From Lingula anatina (Eukaryota; Animalia; Brachiopoda), in contig CM120641.1 of the NCBI GenBank assembly GCA_051362555.1, forward strand, positions 22,506,001 through 22,570,000: 64,000 nucleotides of DNA, read 5' to 3'. A program made the position numbers and the translations under genes. The notes beneath the pieces are model-generated. The model saw nothing but the letters and a program-made list of their open reading frames with translations, had not been told where the DNA came from and searched no databases. Shown piece by piece: positions 37,101 to 64,000 of this stretch; positions within the stretch are counted from its first letter, which is position 1, and every line of letters begins with the position of its first letter.

Positions 37101-40100
37101 AACAAAAAGTTTTAAGGTTTTTGATTATGCAACAACTTGAACTTTCCTGATTTCAATTTATAGCTAAATCCAAATTAGAAAGTGATAGAAGACTGAGCTT
37201 TGAGAACGAGTTGCTGGAGCGCCTGAAGCTGGAGAAGAAGAAATGGGAAGAGCAGACGGAGGTCCAGATATCATCTGCTGTAGAGAAGGCCAGGCTGAAG
37301 TGGGAGCAGCAACACCGGCCTCAGGATGTGGACAGTCTGAAGGCACAGTGGATGCAGGGACAACAGGAACTCATTGAGCAGGAAGTAAGCACAGCAAATA
37401 TAAAAACAAAATTGACTTTTTTCATAAGATTTTATTTGCCCAATGTGTCTACTATCTAAAAAGGTCACTATTATTTTAATATGGAAAAATGTTCATCTGG
37501 TTTTTAGGCAGTTGTAAAATGTGCATTCAGAAAAGATTCTATGCCTTATGATTTAGCATTAATGCTTTCATTATTCCTTTAACTTTTTAAGTATTCATAT
37601 AATTTGTCCTGTCCATGTATTTATTATGGCAATGTGCGTCTTTAGGTTGCCAAAGCCCTGGCAGAAGCTAAAGACAATTGGGAACATGCTCAGAGGTCTG
37701 AAATAGAAACAGCTTTGATGAAGGCAAAGCTTCAGGCTGAGACGGAACTTCGAGAAGCGGTTGATAAAGTCAAGGTTACTCACAAACAGGTACATTATGG
37801 CAGATTAAAAATAATTATCTAAAAATATTTTATTGGTGCACTCCAAAATACAGCAGATAAGAAAGTTCGATTTTGAGTTTTAAAAAGAAAAGAAAATTGT
37901 TGATCCTTGCTGTGTTTAGCAAGGGTAATTGATGTGCTTTAAAAGTTTGTTTTCTATGTGTAAAGTAATATTTATGAATTAAGTTGTATTTTTGTGATAG
38001 ATTATATTTGAAAAATGGTTGCCTCATTAACAGGAAGTTGAAAGTCTGAAATTGGAATTGGAAAACCTAGAGAAAGAGTCACACTCTGCCAAATCATCGT
38101 GGTTGGCTGAAAAGCAAAAACTGTTGACCCAGAAAGAGGCTGAGCAGCAGAGGGCGCTGCATGAGCTGGAGGAGCAGCAGGCAGCACAGATAAAGGAGAT
38201 GCAGGAGGTTCAGCTGGGGATTTTGCAGTCTAACCTCAGGAATGCTAAGGAACAATACGATAGAGAAAAGGTAGGAATATGATATATGAGATGAAGTTAC
38301 ATGATTACTTATGATTGGATGTTTCTCAGATATTGTGTAAGGTGCTGCAAATAATGGGTAACTGAAACATCTGCAATATGTGCCATTTGTTCTGTCTTTA
38401 ATAATATTAAGTTGTCTAGTTATTTTGTGCAATATATAGTAAGTAGTAATTATGTTTGAAATGAGGTCAGTCCTTATTGAGATGTAAACGAGTGTTCAGT
38501 TGTCTTTGCTTCTTACTCCTAGACTGCACTCCAAAAGCAATATGAGGAGCAAATAGACCACTTGAAGAAGAGAGTGAAAAACCTACAGAGTGAGCATGCC
38601 AAAGCTGACAGTGATGCTCTGCAGGAATTACAACAACAGTTTTGCAAGGTATGTCATTCTGGCTTGTCTCTACAGTAAGAATACTACACACACACAATGT
38701 TAAAAAGTGATAATTAATGAAAATTGATACAAATTTTCATAGTACTGAAGATATATTTTCTGTTTTTCAAGGAGAAAGAAGTTTTGGAGAGCACCTGGCA
38801 GAAGAGGCTCGAAGATGCTAACAGAAGTCATGGGCACCAGATGGAGACACTGAAGACAAAGCTGCAAGAAGAGACTGAGTCTATCCTAGCTGAGGCCAGG
38901 AAGGAGTGGACACTGGTGAGTTATTTTTTATTTATTTATTTATTTATTTTTTGCAGGGATGCAAAATGATGAGAATATGTTGACAAGTTTGTAGCTTGAT
39001 ATAGTGCTGTAACATTGACATCACAAATTTCACTGTTATTTGTTTGATTTAAAACTCTGCTGTTACATGTCTGGTTTATGAAGGAAATATCTCAGCAATT
39101 TATATTGTATCCCCCCCCCCCCCCCCCCAATCATATTTTGGCATCAATTTTTCACATACTTGTGTTCTGTACTTCAGCAATATGAACAGGAGATGAAGAA
39201 GGCCTGTCAGGAGGTGGCAGAAAACCAAAAGCAATTGTGGGAAAATGAGAGATCAAAACTGATGCAGAAAATCAAAGATTTAGAAGAGCAGTTACAGACA
39301 ACTCATGCCAACTGGGAGAGTGAACTGGAGACACTGAGAGCCGACATGGAGAGAACCCAGTTCGGCAAGGTGCCTTTAGATGGCTCAGGTTCAAAGTCTT
39401 CTCCGGAAAGAAAGTATGAACAGCAACTGGCCAGTTTACAAGCCAGGCTGAGTGCCAAGGAAGAGGAGCTTCAGCAGTCTGAACAGTTCTACAGTGCAAG
39501 ACTGCAAAATGCTCGAGCAGATCTACAGGAGGAGTGTGACAAGGCCATAGAAAGACTGGAGCAGGAAAAACACAGGTTGGCCGAGCAGATTGACGATTTA
39601 AAGAGCAAGCTAGAGAAGCTGGACTCTAGGAAGAGGGAGTTGCAAACGGTACTGCAGCAGTCAGAGGAGGAGCACAGACAGAGCGTGAACAGCTACAAGG
39701 ATAAAAACAATGAGCTGAATGAAAAGGTCAGACAATTGGAAGAGCAGTTGAAAAGTGCAAAAAGTCAACAAGAGAATTCCTTGGACAACCTTCGGCAACA
39801 TTTGGAAGAGAAACATCTGGCTGCTGTAGAGGATTTCAGGTGGAAGATATTTGAATCAAACAGAGACAATCAGGCAGCCATAGAAAAAATAAACAGAGAA
39901 CATGAAAGAGAAATAAGAGACTTGAAACAGAAAGTGGAGAATCAAAGGAAAGAAGTTGTGTGCACACCTGTTCAGGTACGTCTGCTCTGAACTCTTTTTT
40001 TTTAACAAAATTAACAAGGAGAGGAGTTTGTCTAAATGTAAATCTCTCAGTGAATCACAAACTGACATAGGTTCGACTCCAACTTCCTTAACAAGATAAG

Positions 40101-41906
40101 TTTTGAACGATATTGAAATTATTCCCCCCCTCCCTCCCCCTCCGGTAAGCCACATGGATGTTCACATGGCCCTTTTGTATGAACTTGTTATAGATAAGTG
40201 TCCCCAGTGTAATGCTATTTCAATTTGTAACTCAAAGATTCAATATTTCAGACCGATGGAGGTCTTGTGGATGCCAAGCTGCTGGACCAGCTGAAGGCAC
40301 ATTACCTGGAAACAGTGACTAAGATCAGAGGTGAGTGCTTAATCCATAGTTAAGCCAGAGTATTGAATGAATGTCATGAAAAACAAAATATGCTGTGTGT
40401 GTCTGTGTATGTGTGTACACAGTAGTTACAATATTTGCTGCTTCAGGGTTCATTTTTCAAAAATTGATAAACTTTTCATTTGATACCTTTGTAATACCAG
40501 GATGACACAGTTTGATATCATATATATATATGGTATTGTTGATTTACTTGTAAAAGCCAAAGTATGAACCCTCATTGCAGAGGATGTCCTGAGGCATGTG
40601 AATGAGACCAATTCCCGTGCAGCCAAGCGTGTGAAGGCCGAGGTGGCCAAGGAGAGACAGGCCACTGCAGCCAGGGTGAAGACATTCTGTATCAGGGGCC
40701 TGGAGAAGCTCCTCAGTAACATGGACAGGTAAGGGGAAACAAATCAGTATTAAGATTAATTTTGCAAGTGTTAAGACATAGGCCATGGTTAAGTATATAT
40801 ATACAGCATCAATCTTCTTTAACAGGAAGAATTTATCAATATAACAGTTGAAACAATGTCTGTTTAATTAACACAGATGAACATATTTGCCCCTTTTAGA
40901 TGTGTAAGTAGTAGTTTTATCCTTTTTATTTTTATTCAGTGCCAAAAAGTCGAAGATCATATCAGCCATGAAAGAGCTCCTACAGCAGTTTTCCCCCAAT
41001 CCTACACCTTCCTCTACACCAAAGCCCAATCCCAGAGAAACTCCCAGTAGAAATAGTACCGAATATCATGGGGACCCCGTGCAGCCTACTAAGGAACACC
41101 CCAGCCTCTCTAGTCAACGCACACAAACTCCAGGCTACAGGAACACACCAGATGTGCCCAGGTTAAACCCTGAGCAAGATCAGGTCAGAGGAAAAACTTC
41201 ACATTATGTGGTGGATCTAAGTGTGAAAGGCACCGTGTCCCCAGGACCCCATGGACTCACCCAAGAGGAACCAACCACACCAAGTAGAGAATCGGCCTTC
41301 CATCAGATAGGGGGCGCTGGGGGTCCTCACACACAGCAGGACATCTTCAACTCAGATCAGCATGGTGCACTAGAGTTCCTGAATAGAATGGAAAACCAGT
41401 ATCCATCAGATCACTCCACTCCTGCCCCTGCTAGGGTAGATGGTAGGAACAGTAAAGCTGACGACAGGCAAACAAGCACAGGCAACAGGAGGGTTATCAC
41501 AGGGAATCAAAGAAACTCTTCCAGATACAATAACTACAGTAGCAACGGTGAAATGGATATCCATATTGGGGAATCAGATGGAGGCTTGAGCAAGCTTCCA
41601 CAGCAACCACGGACTTATAATCCTTCTCCGGAGAAATTAGACTCTGAGCAGGATTCTAGGTGTAGCTCACCTGCAGAAAACTTCATAACTGTTCGATCTG
41701 GCAGAGGGTTTCAAAGGGCTTCCTGTTTAGAGAATGGGTATTCCAATGGTGATAACCAGAAACCAAAAACCTCCCAATTACAGCCAGTGAGAGACATCCC
41801 AGAGGGGCGTTCTGCAGGAAGTGCTATGCTTAAACCAATTGCCATGGTGACCAGACATACACAGATGCCATCTCCTGCACCCAAAAAATTATCTCTAAAA
41901 TCATGA
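19116..41906 (+). CDS. CEP152: Centrosomal protein of 152 kDa (Asterless orthologue), about 1967 aa, coiled-coil centriole scaffold
   Basis: Coding exons: 19116-19214, 26842-26951, 27971-28875, 29893-30048, 30428-30567, 30839-31039, 31295-31442, 31768-31859, 32055-32215, 32404-32605, 32972-33109, 34391-34521, 35552-35680, 35898-36033, 36201-36344, 36706-36853, 37164-37384, 37646-37789, 38034-38270, 38523-38648, 38772-38915, 39178-39975, 40252-40330, 40581-40728, 40940-41906. All GT-AG, phases consistent, 5904 nt. CEP152-like blocks: MHFDGQALQ..EAEYQKEEMEKQNELRELLTNAFDDLLDEDD, QLQILYKARGRQL, SESLTRAREQHE, INRLTRSLEESQRQ, LKEQLTMYESAA..ESFAQLGVKK..W, LKAHYLETVTKIREDVLRHV..RAAKRVKAEVAKERQATA. 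An in-frame ATG at 19098 could extend the N-terminus by 6 aa. Confidence 0.88.
24590..25026 (+). promoter_or_regulatory. Candidate internal CEP152 promoter and alternative first exon
   Basis: CCAAT 24594-24598 and ATTGG 24626-24630 (32 bp apart), followed by a purine-rich UTR-like stretch ending ATGGAT|GTAAGT, a consensus donor at 25027. Confidence 0.4.
25800..25934 (+). CDS. CEP152: Candidate alternative N-terminal coding exon of CEP152 (MTCALASGMASMPVPSWDDPSKVSETLEIMESIEEVKDIENMLVQ)
   Basis: Acceptor ctctttaattcag|25790, strong donor CAG|GTGAGA at 25935, exon-like composition; phase 0 joins in frame to LRELLT at 26842. Confidence 0.6.
33169..34159 (+). mobile_element. 991-bp non-autonomous Kolobok-like DNA transposon in a CEP152 intron
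   Basis: TTAA at 33165-33168 and 34160-34163; TIR agacagtctcagcgcgtta versus taacccactgagactgtct (12 bp perfect, 17/19 overall); AG...CT termini fit the Kolobok RR...YY/TTAA rule; CpG-rich interior. Confidence 0.8.
33469..33680 (+). other. Intact transposon-borne first coding exon (70 codons, phase-2 donor)
   Basis: aaacATGG start context; MAQTRVKFEEESDQRGRKKIATPVRKIRKKIRDRRRSTQTVYVGREVGRWRTLKAELGLTYEAMAKLLLD, then AC|GTGAGT. Confidence 0.6.
36332..36566 (+). repeat. 71-bp x3 minisatellite (two about 35-bp subunits per unit) that duplicates a CEP152 exon/intron donor junction
   Basis: GGTGCAGrCACAG|GTrGGTACA recurs with GT at 36345, 36416, 36487 and 36558. Confidence 0.95.
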
Positions 41907-42209
41907 AAAAAAAATTGAGTTTGATAGTTCAATATCTCATGATGAATGATGACACACATCAGTGAGAAAGACGGGCACCTGATTACTTCCAAGATTTGAA
42001 TCATTTAATATATTTAAAGCTTCCATATCTCATCTGAGAGATGCTAAACAATCATTTAATTTATTGTTACCATCGTGTGAACACTTATTTATTGTCTGGG
42101 AAGGGGAGGTTTAAACATTGTGTTATGGTTTTGATGGACAAACTTTTACACCATGACAAATAATTTATTTTACAAGTTTATCAGTATTATAGAATTTTTG
42201 AATGGAATG

Positions 42210-42215
42210 AATAAA
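42210..42215 (+). terminator. Probable CEP152 polyadenylation signal
   Basis: AATAAA about 300 nt after the stop, ATTAAA at 42231, T-rich downstream. Confidence 0.5.
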
Positions 42216-44898
42216 TTATTTTTAATGGTTATTAAAATGACATTTTCTTCTTATTCGTATTTTTTAAAACCATGTTGACCACCCCTCATTTTGAAAAAGA
42301 CAGACTTCAGGGGTACTGGTTACTGTTAATGTTTTGGTGCAAACCTGATCACGAGGAATATAATCGTCTCAAGGAAAAGAACTTAAAAACTTGCCACAGT
42401 TCTTTTCTTGGTCAATTAATGCCTACAATTATATAAAAGCAATTAGTTTAACTTGAGACTGTTATCTGTAGTCTTGATACAGTTATGTATTCTACCCTTG
42501 ATACCATTTCCTAAATTATAGGTATCTTTTTTATTGGTTCAAGCTAAGCAATGCTTATCTGAGCAATGGCTATGTCAAAAACAAAAACCACAAATCAATT
42601 GTAGAATATTTCTATTTGTTGCATTTCAAGCTCCATCATCATATTATACAATATAAATTAACAAAAAATCATAATAAAATGAATCACAGTCCATTATTTA
42701 CATGATTATTAATGAAATCTGATGAAATCAGTATCAGAGCTAAGATATCATTACTAATTGACCATAATGTCAACATCAGAGCTGACCATGATGTCAACAC
42801 CTGCTAGAGGTAACCTACATAGTAAATTATTCACATAAATATGCATACCCTTAATGTCATATGGACATACCTTGTTTTATGGTGACACTGATTTTGGTTT
42901 ACTTATACTGTGCCCATTTGGTTGTAAAAGTATTTTTCTCCATCACATGTTGGAGGCCCGACCTCTTCAAAAACATTTGCATTTTTCCAGTGTTGGGAGA
43001 TCATGAAATATGTTTACAGCTCTTTTTTTACCAGCTTTTTAGCCTTAAGAATTGTGCACCAACTTTTCGTAAATTTTTTCACCCTTTCTCTATCTCAAAA
43101 AGAAATCCCTGTACCTTTGATTGCAAACACAATATTGATTAATTAACAATGACCCAACAACTTCAAATAAATATATCCAGGTTGCACACGTACTAATTTT
43201 GCACTGGTCCATAATAAGTCTAGACCTGGAATACTCTGCTTATCACTAATCACACAAGGCAGAGGTTTCCACACACTGATGTCCAGTTGATGTCCTGTAT
43301 ATATATGTCTATAATATATCTATATGTATATAATTACATATGAATAGACTTGGTAGATAGGAATGGCAAATAATGAGAAATAGACCTCATAAAAAGGTAC
43401 ACAACCAAGGCAGGTCATAAAATTCACCAGCAGCAAGAAGCTGTTTGTCAATGGCAGACAGAGATATAGCAAGCACCAAGGTAAATTGCATATGTGTGTC
43501 TATGATAATAAATACTATCTAATGTACAGAACACATAGTATTCAGTTATAATAAAGTATGGTCACAAATACTACTCTAGGGTACACAACGGTGGTCTCCA
43601 CTGTAATCATATGGTTCTTAAATTGTTCTATACAAAATCTGACCATTGCTAATAAATAAATTGTGAAAAGCATAAGGCATGTCATGCCATACCAAAGAAT
43701 CAAAATATCCATTTAAGTAGAACATAATCATCACGGGGGGATTTTGTACCTTTTATATATATTGAAGGCCTCTTAAAGTAAGTGTGTTTGACAATAACCT
43801 TTTATATCACAAAAGGAGTAATTTCTAAGTTAATATGCTTGTCACAGGCTTCAGTGAAACAATAAATCAATACATACATGCAATACAGTAGAGCAAAACT
43901 GCACTTTAAAACTGTTCTCAGTATGAAAACTGCAATATGTTTTTCACACTGACTAGGCTAGTTGGAATGGTTTCACAGCAATTTTTACTTCTGGGAAATC
44001 ATGAAATTAGTAAGGCATTCAGATAGATAGGTGGCACTGCAGGCACCCCAGTACTCAGCTCTTGTAATGCTGGGTAAAATTAATTTTTGAGATCTTTCAG
44101 TTTTCACCTCAAATAAATAAGTGTATGACAACCATTTCTAACAACCAACTTGGTAAAATGTCCTCTATATTGCACACCCCTCAATTACTTCAATCCAAAA
44201 GTGTTTTTTATTACAATGCTCCTAACTATTGTCTAAACATTAATATTGTCTTAACATTAATATAATTTTGTGCAACAAATTTGTGACAACATCATATTGA
44301 TGAGCAGACACATGATTTTGTAATTATAAAATAATTTAGGTACCTTTTCTTCAAATACACCTTTTGTGGCAAACCTTATTTTAAACATTTTAATTTTGCT
44401 TCCATGAGATTAACCCTTTTTTTCCTAACTTCCTTTTTTCCAAGTCTCAAACATATTCATGAAGCATACAATTTTTGCGAACAGTGCTGACCAGTGCTAC
44501 ACAGGCATATCAATCCAGGCACAATAACCTTGATAGGCACAGAAATCCTATGTCTACTTGACAGCTGTCAGTGTTATCCTGTCGCTTCTGGACAGTGATC
44601 AGTGCTAAGAGAATAGGCACAGTCTAACTTGGGATTGGATAGGATCATCACCAGCCCTCTGCCCAATTACTGGCTTTATTTTACAGATGGATTCTGTCTT
44701 TAACTACAATACACATTCATTTACATAATTGACAATTATCACTGTACATAATTTGTCACCTGGCTTGTGAAAAAAGGTCATTTCCCAACTCTGCTCATCA
44801 TTTGACATTCAAAAGCACCATGGAATTTCAAAGCTATGCTCAGAACTCCAACAGTATTGCCAGCATCTCTCCCTCTTTCTTTGTTGGATAAAAATCCA

Positions 44899-64000
<19,102 letters not shown>

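Overview
AT-rich, intron-rich animal genomic DNA. Gene content and repeat style suggest a lophotrochozoan such as a mollusc, but this is inference. There are no prokaryotic features. I built spliced gene models by hand, checking GT-AG boundaries and exon phase: (1) the last two coding exons and 3'UTR of an unidentified + strand gene (41-535); (2) a complete RALBP1/RLIP76 gene on the - strand (CDS 16527-7217, 15 coding exons, about 931 aa, with a large low-complexity insertion); (3) a complete CEP152/Asterless gene on the + strand (CDS 19116-41906, 25 coding exons, about 1967 aa), head-to-head with RALBP1 across a short promoter carrying a ZNF143/Staf site; (4) the 3' part of a class V myosin gene on the - strand (64000-44899, 31 exons in the window). 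Most noteworthy: a candidate internal promoter and alternative N-terminal exon that would replace the first part of the CEP152 PLK4-binding region; four separate minisatellites that each duplicate an exon-intron junction, one of which could add 71 aa in frame to CEP152; a 991-bp TTAA-flanked Kolobok-like element carrying promoter motifs and an intact spliceable exon inside CEP152; a decayed copy of a MYO5 exon end inside another MYO5 intron; and a candidate 36-nt MYO5 microexon. Most ORFs in the supplied track are exon fragments, antisense shadows or intronic noise.
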